From Vicinamibacteria bacterium (lineage in GTDB: Bacteria; Acidobacteriota; Vicinamibacteria; Marinacidobacterales; Marinacidobacteraceae), in NCBI GenBank assembly GCA_963555995.3, contig OY821641.1, positions 3,424,001-3,488,000 of the forward strand: a stretch of DNA of 64,000 nucleotides. The letters are read 5' to 3'. The notes below the pieces were generated by a model that was given only the letters and a program-made list of their open reading frames with translations, made no database searches and was not told the origin of the DNA. Position numbers and translations under genes: made by a program. Shown here piece by piece: positions 1 through 10,649 of this stretch. How positions within the stretch are numbered: position 1 is the stretch's first letter; each line of letters starts with the position of its first letter.

Positions 1-3000
1 GACCGGCGCTCGCACCGTCCTGGTTCACGGCGCTCCCCAGCACGAGCCCCAGCACGCGGTACCCGGCCGCCCGCGCCTGCCCCAGCCGCGTCAGCGCCAG
101 CATCCCGCAACCCTCGCCCCGCGCATAGCCGTCCGCCGACGCGTCGAACGACTTGCAGCGGCCCTCCGGCGACAGCATCCCGGCCGCCTCGAACGCCTCG
201 GTCAATCCCCACGTCAGCACCGCGTTCACCCCACCCGCCAGCGCCAGATCCACCTCGCCGCGGTCCAGAGCCGCCACCGCCTGATGGATCGCGACCAGGG
301 ACGCGGAGCACGCCGTGTCCACGGCGATCGCCGGCCCCTCGAACCCCAGCGTGTACGCCACCCGACCGACCGCCGCCGAAAAACTCGATCCCGTCGAGCG
401 GTAGAGATTCGGAGCCGCCTGCGCCACCAGGCCCTGGTAGTCGCTCGCGAACATTCCCGCATACACCCCCGTCCGGCTCCCCCGCAACCGATCCGGCGCG
501 ATCCCGGCGTCCTCGAGCGCCTCCCAACTCACCTCCAGGAGCAGCCGCTGTTGCGGATCCATCAACGCCGCCTCCACCGGCGCGATTCCGAAGAACTCCG
601 CGTCGAACCGATCAGGCCGCGGCACGTACGCCCCCCAGACCTCCGACTCCCGGCCACCGAGCCCCGGGAGAGCTCCGTCCGGCCGACCGCGCGTCACCAG
701 ATCCTCGCCGACCGCCAGACGCCGCCAGAAGTCCTCCACGCCCCCGCCGCCCGGGAACCGGCAACTCATTCCCACCACGGCGATCGGTTCCCGGGTCGGC
801 AACTGCCTCGCCGGGACCCACCGGTCCGGCGAGACCGGCCCGGAAGAGGACTCGCCGAACTGTTCGGCCACCCGAGCCGCCAGCCGCCGCGCATCGGGAT
901 ACGAGAAGACCTCCGCCTCCGTTACCCGAACCCTGCCATCCAAGGCCCGGTTCAGCCGGTTCCGAAGCTCCGCGACCTCCAGCGACTGCATCCCGAGCTC
1001 GAAGAATCCCGTGTCCGGGGCGGGAGGGGCTTCCAGCCGCAGCAGACCCTGAACTTCACGCACCAGAAAAGCCTCCAGACGCTCGGCGCGCGCCGAAACC
1101 GACCCGTCCCCGCCCCACACCGCGAGGTCGCGTCCCTCCTCGGGGTCGGAACCATCGTCCGGCTCGTCCACCCAGTACCGCCGGGCCTCGAACGGGTACT
1201 CCGGCGCCGAGACCCGCCGACCCCGGGACTGTCCGAAGAGCGAGGTCAGGGGAACCGGCGTCCCGGATTCCCAGGCAGCCGCGAGTCGTTCCGCGCGACC
1301 CGGCTCCTCCGGGCCGGGTTCCAACGGCCGGTCGGCTTCCGTCGCCGAGGACACCCGGCGCCCGGCCTCGCCCGCCTCCACCCGGAGCAGTCCGGCGCGC
1401 AGTTCCGCCTCGTCGTGAAACACCACCCCCGCCCGAACCTCGAACCGGCTGCGCCCGACGGTGGCCGTCCACGCCAGGTCCCGCAAGCGCGTCCGGCCCC
1501 GCGTGTCCAGCCACGCCCGATACCGCCCCGCCAGACGCCGGAGCGACCCAGCCGTCCTGGCCGACAGCGGAAGCACCAGCGGTCCTCCAACCGCAGCCGC
1601 GGGGACCTCCGTCTCGTCCGGCCGCGGAGTCCCCTCCAGCAGGACGTGCGCGTTCGTCCCCGAGAGCCCGAACGAACTCACCGCCGCACGCATCCGGTCC
1701 CGGGTGGCGGGCCATGCCGTCGCCTCCGCCACCACCCGCACCGGCAGCTCCTCCCACCGGATCCGCGGGTTCGGCGTCCGGAAGTTCACCTGGGCCGGAA
1801 TCCGCCGCGATCCCATTGCCAGGACCACCTTGATCAGGCTCGCGACACCCGCTGCCGCCTCCAGGTGCCCAAGGTTCCCCTTGACCGAGCCGAGCAGCAG
1901 TGGCCGCAGTGCATCGCGGTCTCGCCCGTACACCGACAGGGCCGCCTCCACTTCGATTGGATCCCCGAGCGGGGTGCCCGATCCGTGGCCCTCCAGATAA
2001 TCCACCGCCGACGGTTCCCAGCCGGCGCGCCACAACGCCTCCTCGATCAGCCGGGCCTGCGCCGGCCCCCGCGGAACCGTCAGCCCCGCGCTCGCCCCGT
2101 CCTGATTGACCGCGGATCCGCGGATCACCGCCAGAATCCGGTCTCCGGCCGACAAGGCGGCATCCAGCCGCTTCAGGACCACCATCCCGCACCCCTCCCC
2201 CCGCACGTACCCGTTGGCCGCCGCGTCCCAGGAACGACACCGTCCGTCCGGCGACAAGAGCCCCCCGTTCGCAAACGTCTCGGTCCGAAGCCCGCTTGCA
2301 ATGACATTCACTCCGCCGGCCAGCGCCAGCTCCGCTTCCCGCCGCAGCAGCGCCCCTGCCGCCTGATGCACCGCGACGAGGGACGACGAGCTGGCGGTAT
2401 CCACCGCGACCGCCGGTCCCTCGAATCCCAGTGCGAACGCGACCCGCCCGATCGCCGTACTCGCGCTCGTGCCCGTCACCGCGTACACGCTCCGCGCCTG
2501 CGCCGGAGACAGCAGTTCCCGATAACCGCTCGCGCCGATCCCCGCAAAGACCCCGGCGCGGGTCCCGCTGAGAGAATCCGGTGGAATTCCCGCGTCTTCC
2601 AGCGCGTGCCAGCTCACCTCCAGCAGCCATCGCTGCTGCGGATCCATCAAGTGCGCTTCGGCGTCCGGGATCCCGAAGAAGGCCGCGTCGAAACGGTCCA
2701 TGCGTTCCACGAACGCCCCGAACCGGCATGGATCCGGGACGGAACGCACGTCCTCGAACAGAGTCCCGACCCGACCCACCCCCGAGCCCGGTTTTCCCTC
2801 CTCGACCGCATCACCCCCTGCCCACAGCAATTCCCCGAAATCCGCGAGGCCCCCGCCCCCGGGGAACCGGCAAGCCATACCCACGATCGCCACCGCGTCC
2901 CCACCCTCCTCCCCGGCGGCGCCCGGCGGCCCACGCCTCCGGTCGCCACCCGTGGGGCGTCCCTTCCCCGGGGCCGCGCTCGAATGATCGAACGGCGTCG

Positions 3001-3094
3001 TCGAAGACCTCCGATGCGCCTCGCCGCGCCGCCGGTTCGAACGCGGTGGCGGCGACTCCTCCGCCGGCGAGTCCCCTACGGACACCGGAGCCAT
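1..3094 (-). CDS. Type I polyketide synthase, 5' part (KS with Ser in place of catalytic Cys - AT-less linker - ACP - KS...), SupA-like; runs off the window start
   Basis: Not in the ORF track (open to the edge); translated by hand from ATG 3094. KS1: VAIVGMACRFPG, MDPQQRWLLE, VDTASSSSL, EGHGSGT, KGNLGHLE, SSFGLSGTNAH. Linker ends YPFEARRYW. ACP: GFFELGMQSL. KS2: IAVVGMSCRFPG, DTACSASL, GEGCG. Start codon uncertain. Confidence 0.93.
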   Translation of the reverse strand, partial: MAPVSVGDSPAEESPPPRSNRRRGEAHRRSSTTPFDHSSAAPGKGRPTGGDRRRGPPGAAGEEGGDAVAIVGMACRFPGGGGLADFGELLWAGGDAVEEGKPGSGVGRVGTLFEDVRSVPDPCRFGAFVERMDRFDAAFFGIPDAEAHLMDPQQRWLLEVSWHALEDAGIPPDSLSGTRAGVFAGIGASGYRELLSPAQARSVYAVTGTSASTAIGRVAFALGFEGPAVAVDTASSSSLVAVHQAAGALLRREAELALAGGVNVIASGLRTETFANGGLLSPDGRCRSWDAAANGYVRGEGCGMVVLKRLDAALSAGDRILAVIRGSAVNQDGASAGLTVPRGPAQARLIEEALWRAGWEPSAVDYLEGHGSGTPLGDPIEVEAALSVYGRDRDALRPLLLGSVKGNLGHLEAAAGVASLIKVVLAMGSRRIPAQVNFRTPNPRIRWEELPVRVVAEATAWPATRDRMRAAVSSFGLSGTNAHVLLEGTPRPDETEVPAAAVGGPLVLPLSARTAGSLRRLAGRYRAWLDTRGRTRLRDLAWTATVGRSRFEVRAGVVFHDEAELRAGLLRVEAGEAGRRVSSATEADRPLEPGPEEPGRAERLAAAWESGTPVPLTSLFGQSRGRRVSAPEYPFEARRYWVDEPDDGSDPEEGRDLAVWGGDGSVSARAERLEAFLVREVQGLLRLEAPPAPDTGFFELGMQSLEVAELRNRLNRALDGRVRVTEAEVFSYPDARRLAARVAEQFGESSSGPVSPDRWVPARQLPTREPIAVVGMSCRFPGGGGVEDFWRRLAVGEDLVTRGRPDGALPGLGGRESEVWGAYVPRPDRFDAEFFGIAPVEAALMDPQQRLLLEVSWEALEDAGIAPDRLRGSRTGVYAGMFASDYQGLVAQAAPNLYRSTGSSFSAAVGRVAYTLGFEGPAIAVDTACSASLVAIHQAVAALDRGEVDLALAGGVNAVLTWGLTEAFEAAGMLSPEGRCKSFDASADGYARGEGCGMLALTRLGQARAAGYRVLGLVLGSAVNQDGASAG

Positions 3095-3590
3095 ACCCCG
3101 GAAGGACGAACCGGGAATCTTCCGGTGGAGACCCTCGACCCGTGATGGAGAGGGTGTGGCCGCGGATGGCGCGGTCTCTTGTTCTTCGGTCTGCCGCGAA
3201 CCGGCCCTATCGGAGCCTCGCAAAACCGAACCCACCGCTGCTGTTACCCCGGCAAGCCATCATGGCACACCCCAGGAGCAAGCGCTACCACAGGCGAACT
3301 CCGGGCCGGAACGGCTCCGGGAACCCGGGGACGGACTCCGGATCAGATAATTCATCTTCGTGACAATTTCGCAGTTCGACCCAATTGTGTGCATGAAAAC
3401 CACACGATCCGCCCCGACCCACGGCACCGCCATCCTGGATTCGCGGGGTCTCCTCCAGGCTACGAAACGCGGATCCGGCAGGTCCACACGACCGCCCGGC
3501 GCCACGAGTTCCGGCTCGCCGGCCGGCAAATGGAGACCGGCAGTCCGCCCCCCCGTTGCCTCCGACGCTCGTCCCCCGCGGAGGTCGAGA

Positions 3591-4508
3591 TCAGGGAAGA
3601 ACCAGGCCGCATCTGGCCGCGAAGGCCCGAATCCGGGCTGCGCAGACGTCCGGTTTCTCGAGGAAGAGCAGGTGGGTCGCCTCCGGGATGAAGTCGTAGT
3701 CGCACTCGACGAGAACGCGCAGATTGAAGCTGGGAATGAACGAATAGGGCAGCGTCGGATCCGCCCCGAGCACTCGGACGGGACATTGCAGCCGCGTGAG
3801 CTCCACCACGACTCCGAAGGCGCTGACGTACTCGGCGATGTGCGCCTCGTACTCACGGGGACAGCGGAGCACCCAACCGCCGTCCGGCTCCTCCCCAAAC
3901 GTGCTTCGCCCCAGGAGCTCCCACCCACCGGCGACCGGCTTGAAGAACGTCCCTCCGACGACCTCCATCATCCAGACGAATTTCTCAAGACTCTCGAATC
4001 GAACCGTGCGACGCCGAGCACGGCGGGCCATCCAGGCGCCGCTGGCGTCCAGCCGCGCATACGTGATACCCGGTTTGCAGAGCGGCGGATCCAGCAGGAA
4101 GAGGCCTTCGTACCCCTTGGCGAGGGAGGGGGAGAGGCAGGCCGCGAGCGCCGAGGTGGAATGGAACACCCCGAGCGTCGGTTTCTGCCCAAAATGGCTC
4201 CGCACTTCGCCGGTGACGTAGTCAAGATCCTTCGCAAACTGCGGCACGTTGTGGCGCATCACGTTGCCTACGCCGTTCCAGCCGTGGTTTCGGAGGTCGA
4301 AGACCATGACATCGAACTCATCGAGCAACCTGCCCCAGACCAGGTAGTAGCTGTCCGCCGCGAATCCGTTTCCGTGGCTGAGCACGATCCGCGGACCATC
4401 CGGATTCCCGTGACGCCGCACCGTGACCCCGTCGCCATCGGGCAGCCGCACCTCATGAATGGCTGTCGGCGGCGGGACCGTGAAGGGCGGATCCGATACG
4501 AGGGTCAT
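3591..4508 (-). CDS. Alpha/beta hydrolase (sup-cluster accessory hydrolase-like)
   Basis: HGNGF oxyanion motif, nucleophile elbow VFHSTS, LLDPP, C-terminal THLLFLE His; directly upstream of the PKS on the same strand. Confidence 0.85.
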   Translation of the reverse strand: MTLVSDPPFTVPPPTAIHEVRLPDGDGVTVRRHGNPDGPRIVLSHGNGFAADSYYLVWGRLLDEFDVMVFDLRNHGWNGVGNVMRHNVPQFAKDLDYVTGEVRSHFGQKPTLGVFHSTSALAACLSPSLAKGYEGLFLLDPPLCKPGITYARLDASGAWMARRARRRTVRFESLEKFVWMMEVVGGTFFKPVAGGWELLGRSTFGEEPDGGWVLRCPREYEAHIAEYVSAFGVVVELTRLQCPVRVLGADPTLPYSFIPSFNLRVLVECDYDFIPEATHLLFLEKPDVCAARIRAFAARCGLVLP

Positions 4509-4763
4509 GCGCTCCCCGGGAGGCGGCGAACGCCGCAGCGCCCTACCGGCACGCGACCGTCCGACAGGACTCCGTGTTTCTCATGCGGAACCACCCGACA
4601 TGCGGGCGATTCCACCAACTCCGGCAGCGGGGGACGGATGATCGGCGAGCGGAACCCCGCCGCCCGTTCCCGGAGGACGTGGACTTGATCGCCACCGGGC
4701 GCCCGCGCGGGATGGCCCTCCCGCCTCCGTCTGTCCTGGTCCGGATGTTTCCGGACTGCCGGG

Positions 4764-5024
4764 TCAATCCGAATTGGGCCAGTCCGGATCAATAATGGCC
4801 ATCCAGTTGAACGCGGGCGGATCCTGGTCCGCGCTGGAGACCGCGAAGTCGTCGGCGCTGAGGTTGAGGCCGAACTCGGCATTGACGCTCGTCATCAATT
4901 CAGCTTGCTGAAGCGAAGAAAGCCCCAATGCATCATTGAGCTTCTCGACGTCGATGGTGGCGTTCGGGCCGATCTGCGCCACCAACAACTCGAAAAATCG
5001 TGCGACTCGTTCCTGTCTGGTCAC
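4764..5024 (-). CDS. Free-standing acyl carrier protein-like protein (86 aa)
   Basis: AGGAGG RBS before GTG at 5024; ACP-like LNDALGLSSLQQAELMTSVNAEFGLNLS; lies in the PKS cluster; visibly lower GC than flanks. Confidence 0.7.
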   Translation of the reverse strand: MTRQERVARFFELLVAQIGPNATIDVEKLNDALGLSSLQQAELMTSVNAEFGLNLSADDFAVSSADQDPPAFNWMAIIDPDWPNSD

Positions 5025-5312
5025 GGCAACACCTCCTGCATCTCGGGTGGATTCGTTGCGTTCTTCATGGGCGGTACCCTCTGCGACAGCACCGGAAGAG
5101 ATTCCCAAGCTGTCGTTAACAACATTAACAGTGTCACCAGCGAATCCTGGGAGCAAGACCCAATACGTACGAGCCCCCCTTGGGGGGAGGGACCGAGGAA
5201 ACGGCGCGGGTTGCGAGCGCTTTCCCCGAGGTCTCGCCGAGCGCGGCGACGAGATCCAGTCCGGTCCGGAAAACCGGCTCCGCTGGCCGGCGCCGCGAGG
5301 GAACCCCGCGCG

Positions 5313-8300
5313 TCAGACGCGAAGATCCGTCCGCCGCGGCGGCGATCCGGTAAGCCCGGCACCGGGCATCCGGCCGGCGCTCGCCAGGTCGTAGAGGACC
5401 GGCACCACAAAGAGGGTCACGAGCGTGGCGAACGCGACCCCGAATGCGAGCGACGTGGCCATCGTGACGAGCAGTTCGGCCTGGAAAGCCCGTTCGAGGA
5501 TCAGCGGCCCGACGCCCGCGCAGGTGGTGATCGTGGTGAGGACCACCGGGCGGAAACGCCGCGGCGCGGCCGACAGCGCCGCTTCCCGGGGAGACCGGCC
5601 GGCGCGGCGGCTCCGGTTCATGGAATCGAGCAACACCAAGGCGTCGTTCACCACGATGCCGACGAGCGGCGCCAGACCGAAGGCGCTCATGGGATCGAAA
5701 CGCAAACCGAGCAGCAGATGTCCGAACACGGCGCCGGCGAGACCGAAGGGCACCGCGGCCATGACGACGAACGGCTGGACGAAGGATCCGAGGGGCACCG
5801 CGAGGAGGACGTACACCACCATCACGGCCAACAGGAGGTTGCGCACCAGCACCGGGTTGGCCCTGGCGTGTTCGCCGGCGAGTCCGGTGATCTCGAAGCG
5901 GGCGTCGGGAAAGCGGTCCCGCAACTCGGGAAACACCCGGCGATGCGCTTCGGCGAGCACCGCCTCGGGGAGTGCGTGCGTGGAGTCCACGTTCGCAAAC
6001 ACCGTGGCCGCGCGCGCCGAATCCACCCGGCGGACCACGGAGTCCCCGCTGTCGCTCACGATCCGGGCCACTTCCCCAAGCGGTATCGCGGCGCCGTCCG
6101 GGCGGCGAACCGGGAGGGACGCCAACCCGAGAGCGCCGCCCGACTCCCCACGAGGAGCCCGGAGGACGATCCGCAGTTCCTCGCGGCCGCGCTGGACCCG
6201 GCGCACCTCCTCCCCATGAAATGTCTGACGAAGCTGCCTTCCCGCGGCGCCGGCGTCAAGGCCGAGACCCGCTCCTCCGGACCGGGTGCGCGCCACCAGT
6301 CCCGGCGCCACGGACTCGAAGTCGTCCCAGACGGATGTGACGCCGGGGAGGACCCGCAACCTTTCCGCCAAGGCGGTGGACGCGGCGCGGACCGTCCCGG
6401 GGCTGGGGCTGCGGACCCGGATGGAAACATCCGACTGCTGACCGAGGCCCTCGCCGACCACGGTCACGTTCGCACCGGCGGGCGCCGGCGGCATGCGGGC
6501 GCGCAGCCGATCGGCCACGTCCCGGTTCGTAAGGAACGGGCGGTCCGAAGGCGATGCGAGCCGCCAGGTGATCTGGCCGATCTCGGCGGCCGCACTCCCT
6601 CCCGTCGCGCCAAGGGACTCTCCCAGACCGAGCGGAAACTGCTGTCCGACCAGCACCGCGCGGCGTCGCTCCAAGTCCACGCCGAACTCGGTTCTGATCT
6701 CCTCCCGGAAGCGGTCCACCACTCCGTTGAGGCCGGCGATCACGTCGCGCGTCGCCTCCGGCGGGGAGCCCGGGGGAAGCCGTACCAGAACGTGAACCGT
6801 ATTGTCTTCGAGGGGCACCTGCGTCACGACCGGGACCCAGCCCCCGGCGAGCAGCCCGACCGCCAGAGCGAGCGAGGAAACGGCGATCCCCAAGGTCATG
6901 AGGCGATGGGCGAGCGTCCACCGGAGCGCCGGACGGTAGATGCGGCGCACCGCGGCGTCGAAGCCGCGGCGGCATGACGCCCGCACCCGCGCGAGCCCGC
7001 GGTTCGGGCGCACCGGGAGACCCCCCTGCGCCAGGTGGTGGGGCAGGACCCAGGCCACCTCCAACAGGGAAAACGCCAGGACCGGAATGACGACCCGGGG
7101 CAGATCGGCGACGAGTTCACCGAAGACGCCCGGGATGCCGAGGAGCGGGGCGAAGGTCACCATCGTGGTGAGCACCCCGAAGGCGGCGGGGAAGAACACC
7201 TGCCGCGTACCGCGGATCGCGGCCTCTTCCGCTCCGTCGCCGCCAGCCTCGATCCGGTGCTGGATGCTCTCGCCCACCACGATGGCGTCATCCACCACGA
7301 CGCCGAGGGCCATGATGAAGCCGAACAGGCTGACCATGTTGAGGGTAATCCCGAGTCCGGGCATCAACAGGAAGGCGCCGAAGAACGTGAAGGGCAGTCC
7401 GGCCGTCGTCCAGACGGCGAGACGGGTCGAGAGGGTGAAGAACAGCACCAGGAAGATGAGGCCCAGACCCAGCAATCCGTTCCGGATCATCAGCGCCAGG
7501 CGGTCCGTGAACACCTCGGCGGCGGAGTACCACGGAGTTGCGGTGAGTCCGTCGGGCAGCGGGAGATTCCGAACCACCGTCACGACCCGGTCCGTCGTCT
7601 CCCGCAGGCGACCTCCCTCCGGGAGACCCACCGTCAGGAAGACGGCGGGCTCGCCGTCCATCCAGGCCTGCCGTCCGGTGACGTCGAAGCCGTCCTTCAC
7701 GGCGCCCACGTCGCCCACCCGGACCACGCCCCCGTCCGGAGCGACGATCAACGGAATCCGTGCAACATCTCCGGCGCGCGCCGCGGCGCCTTCGCTGCGC
7801 ACCCGGAGTCTGCTCGTTCCGCTCCGCATCGCGCCGGCCGGGACGTCCGCAGTCGCCTCCCGAAGGGCGGCCGCCACCCGGTCGAAGGTCAGCCCGAACC
7901 GGGTCAGGTTCTCCTGAGGGATCTCGATCGCCATCTCGAAATCCCGGCCGGTGAGCCGTTCTGCGCCCAACACCCCGGGAACGGCCGTCACGGCGTCCTG
8001 CACCAGCCGGGCCGCTTCCCGCAGGCTTCGTTCGTCGGTGCGCCCGTGCACCGCGATCCGCAGGATCTCGCGTGATGCCGTTACCTCGGACACCACCGGA
8101 TCCTCCGCAGCCGCCGGGAGAGTCTGGAGCGACGCGACGCGCTCCCGCACGATGTCACCGACCCGCCGCGCGTCGGCGTCTCCATCGAGCACGAGCAGGA
8201 ACACCGCCGCTCCGTCCGTGGCGACCCCGCTCGTTTCGGTGACTCCCGCGATCCCCTGCAGGGCTTCCTCCAGACCGAGCAGGACCCGTTCTTCGACGAG

Positions 8301-8510
8301 GGTTGCCTCGGCCCCCGGAAGCGCCACACCGACACGGATGGCCGACGGCGTCGTCTCCGGGATGAGCTGGTGGGGAATCTCTCCCAGCGTGAGGTAACCG
8401 GCCAGGCAGACGCCGAAGAAGACGAGGTTCGCCGCCACCCGGTTCCTGACGAACCAGGCAATCACCCCGCTCGAACGACCACTTCCGCCCGCGGGCGGTT
8501 CCGCCGTCAC
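5313..8510 (-). CDS. RND (AcrB/AcrD/AcrF family) efflux permease
   Basis: 1065 aa; IAWFVRNRVAAN, LGVVVDDAIVVGE, RFRPVVLTTITT, two large periplasmic loops. Confidence 0.93.
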   Translation of the reverse strand: MTAEPPAGGSGRSSGVIAWFVRNRVAANLVFFGVCLAGYLTLGEIPHQLIPETTPSAIRVGVALPGAEATLVEERVLLGLEEALQGIAGVTETSGVATDGAAVFLLVLDGDADARRVGDIVRERVASLQTLPAAAEDPVVSEVTASREILRIAVHGRTDERSLREAARLVQDAVTAVPGVLGAERLTGRDFEMAIEIPQENLTRFGLTFDRVAAALREATADVPAGAMRSGTSRLRVRSEGAAARAGDVARIPLIVAPDGGVVRVGDVGAVKDGFDVTGRQAWMDGEPAVFLTVGLPEGGRLRETTDRVVTVVRNLPLPDGLTATPWYSAAEVFTDRLALMIRNGLLGLGLIFLVLFFTLSTRLAVWTTAGLPFTFFGAFLLMPGLGITLNMVSLFGFIMALGVVVDDAIVVGESIQHRIEAGGDGAEEAAIRGTRQVFFPAAFGVLTTMVTFAPLLGIPGVFGELVADLPRVVIPVLAFSLLEVAWVLPHHLAQGGLPVRPNRGLARVRASCRRGFDAAVRRIYRPALRWTLAHRLMTLGIAVSSLALAVGLLAGGWVPVVTQVPLEDNTVHVLVRLPPGSPPEATRDVIAGLNGVVDRFREEIRTEFGVDLERRRAVLVGQQFPLGLGESLGATGGSAAAEIGQITWRLASPSDRPFLTNRDVADRLRARMPPAPAGANVTVVGEGLGQQSDVSIRVRSPSPGTVRAASTALAERLRVLPGVTSVWDDFESVAPGLVARTRSGGAGLGLDAGAAGRQLRQTFHGEEVRRVQRGREELRIVLRAPRGESGGALGLASLPVRRPDGAAIPLGEVARIVSDSGDSVVRRVDSARAATVFANVDSTHALPEAVLAEAHRRVFPELRDRFPDARFEITGLAGEHARANPVLVRNLLLAVMVVYVLLAVPLGSFVQPFVVMAAVPFGLAGAVFGHLLLGLRFDPMSAFGLAPLVGIVVNDALVLLDSMNRSRRAGRSPREAALSAAPRRFRPVVLTTITTCAGVGPLILERAFQAELLVTMATSLAFGVAFATLVTLFVVPVLYDLASAGRMPGAGLTGSPPRRTDLRV

Positions 8511-8688
8511 GCCGCCGACCGCGCCGGTGTCCGGCAGCGGAGGTCCGGCGCCGACGCGCGCGAAGACGCACGAGCCGGCACCGACGACGACCGTACCAAG
8601 GTTGACCCGGTTGACATGGTCGAAAACAGGAACGTGGAACGAGTGTACCGGGCGCCCGGCGCCGCCCAGCGGACTCCCAACGCCTCGA

Positions 8689-9843
8689 TCAGCGGCCCAG
8701 CACCGCGGTCAGAGCGGCTGCCACTTCGTCCACCTGGGCCTCGGTGATCACGAGCGGGGGCAGCAGCCGGATCACGGTGGACCCGGCCGGCAGCGCCAGC
8801 ACCCCGTTCGCCATCAGCCGCTCCAGCGTGGGGCGGCATCGCTCCCGCAGCTCGATCCCGATCATCAGGCCCAACTGCCGCACGGCCCGCACCCGAGCGG
8901 GGGGCTGCAGGGAGAAGCGTTTGCGGAACCGGGCGCCGCGCCGCTCCGCGCGCTCGGCCAGCCGTTCGTCCTCCATGAACCGGATGGCGGCGAGCGCCGC
9001 CGCGCACGCCAGGGGGTTGCCCCCGAAGGTGGTGCCGTGCTTGCCGACGAGCGGCGGCAGCCGTTCGCCCGCGAGCACCGCGCCCATCGGCACCCCGCCG
9101 GCGATGGCCTTGGCCACGCACATGAGGTCCGGCTCGACCTCGTAGCGTTCGCAGGCGAACATCCGGCCGGTGCGGCAAAAACCCGTCTGCGATTCGTCCA
9201 GGATGAGCATGGCGCCCGCTTCGTCGCAGGCGGCGCGAACGGCCTGGAGATACTCCGGCTCGGCGGGCCGCACGCCGCCCTCCCCCTGCACCGGTTCCAG
9301 CAGCACCGCCGCCGTGTCCTCGCCGACCGCGGCGCGCAGCTTCCCGGCGTCGCCGAACGGCGCGAAGGAAAAGCCGGGGACCAGCGGCGCGAAGGGTTCG
9401 CGGTAGTCCTTCCTGAACGTCGCGCTGAGGGCGCCCATGGTGCGGCCGTGGAAGCCGCGCATCGCGGAGACGATCCCCGTGCGGCCGGTGGCGAGACGGG
9501 CGAACTTGAGGGCCGCTTCCACCGCTTCGGCTCCCGAGTTGCAGAGGAAGGCCCGGGTGAGCCCCCGCGGTGCGATGGAAACGAGCTTCTCGAGGAGCTC
9601 GGCCCGGCGGTCGTTGTAGAAGATGCCGGGGCAGGTCACCAGGGTCCGCGCCTGGTCGCTGATCGCCTGCGCCACCGCGGGATTGGCGTGCCCGACGCTC
9701 GCCACGCCGATCCCGCCCACGCAGTCGAGATAGCGGCGTCCCCGGTCGTCCCAAACCTCGGCGCCGCTGCCGCGCACCAGCGTCAGGTCCCGCTTGGGAT
9801 AGACCTCGAGCCCCCGGGTCCGCTCGACCTCCTGGAAGTTCAC
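8689..9843 (-). CDS. lysJ: [LysW]-aminoadipate semialdehyde / glutamate semialdehyde transaminase (class III PLP)
   Basis: [44 protein letters not shown]; lysW operon context. Confidence 0.88.
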   Translation of the reverse strand: MNFQEVERTRGLEVYPKRDLTLVRGSGAEVWDDRGRRYLDCVGGIGVASVGHANPAVAQAISDQARTLVTCPGIFYNDRRAELLEKLVSIAPRGLTRAFLCNSGAEAVEAALKFARLATGRTGIVSAMRGFHGRTMGALSATFRKDYREPFAPLVPGFSFAPFGDAGKLRAAVGEDTAAVLLEPVQGEGGVRPAEPEYLQAVRAACDEAGAMLILDESQTGFCRTGRMFACERYEVEPDLMCVAKAIAGGVPMGAVLAGERLPPLVGKHGTTFGGNPLACAAALAAIRFMEDERLAERAERRGARFRKRFSLQPPARVRAVRQLGLMIGIELRERCRPTLERLMANGVLALPAGSTVIRLLPPLVITEAQVDEVAAALTAVLGR

Positions 9844-10649
9844 TCGATCACCGTCCCCCGTCCCGCGAGCGCGTCCCGGAGGGGGTGCTCCCCGCGCCCG
9901 TCGGCGATCACCACCCGGGTGCCGCCCGTCGCGACCAGCCGCTTGAGGGCCAGCATCTTCCGCTTCATGCGTCCCGAGACCTGCGCTTCGCGCCGTTCCA
10001 CCTCGGCGCGGGACATCCGGGGGACGATCGAGGCGGGGTCGTCCGGGTCTTCCAGAAAACCGGGGGCTTCGATCAACTGGACGACCAGCTCGGCGCGGAG
10101 TGCGTCGTTGAGGACCGTCAGGATGTCGTCGTTCTCCGAATTGATGGCAGCGCCCTGCTCGTCGAGGATGGGGACCGTCAGGACCGGCGCCAGCCCGCGG
10201 TCAAGCAGGAGGCGCAGCAGCCCCGCATCCACCTCCGCCGGCTTGCCCGACAGGTCGCGCCGGATCAGGGTCTTGCCCCCCTCCCGGATGCGGATGCCGC
10301 GATTCCGGCGGCCCCGGATCAGGGCGCCGTCGAGGCCGGTGAGGCCGATGGCGTTCACCCCGCGCCGCTGGAACATCTCCACGATCCGCTTGTTCCTGAG
10401 GCCGGCGTAGGCCATGAGGATGAGGTCCACCGCCTCGGCGTCGGAGTACACGCTGTCGTAGCCGGAGACCGAGGTGAGCACCTGCTTCCGGATGCCGAGG
10501 CGCTCCCCCAGTTCGTCGCGCAGCGCGTTGGCGCCGTGGACGACCACGAACGGCTTCCCGATTCCCGCGAGATCGCCGGTGATCCCCTCCAGGTTGACCG
10601 ACGCGCCCCCGCCGATCTTGATCAGGAGCACGGTGTCACGCGGTGTCAC
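9840..10649 (-). CDS. lysZ: [LysW]-aminoadipate/glutamate kinase
   Basis: IKIGG, VVVHGAN, GLTGLDG, GRMKRK; start refined to GTG 10649. Confidence 0.88.
   Translation of the reverse strand: MTPRDTVLLIKIGGGASVNLEGITGDLAGIGKPFVVVHGANALRDELGERLGIRKQVLTSVSGYDSVYSDAEAVDLILMAYAGLRNKRIVEMFQRRGVNAIGLTGLDGALIRGRRNRGIRIREGGKTLIRRDLSGKPAEVDAGLLRLLLDRGLAPVLTVPILDEQGAAINSENDDILTVLNDALRAELVVQLIEAPGFLEDPDDPASIVPRMSRAEVERREAQVSGRMKRKMLALKRLVATGGTRVVIADGRGEHPLRDALAGRGTVIE

Noticed and set aside
284-3145. 953-aa plus-strand ORF, and similar long antisense ORFs (22729-27618, 27497-29932, 30743-33268, 34593-37154, 50458-53088)
   Set aside because: Shadow ORFs opposite clear genes in high-GC DNA; Arg/Pro/Gly-rich with no motifs.
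4505-4882. Small ORFs between the hydrolase and the ACP
   Set aside because: No motifs or RBS, low-complexity translations; probably non-coding.
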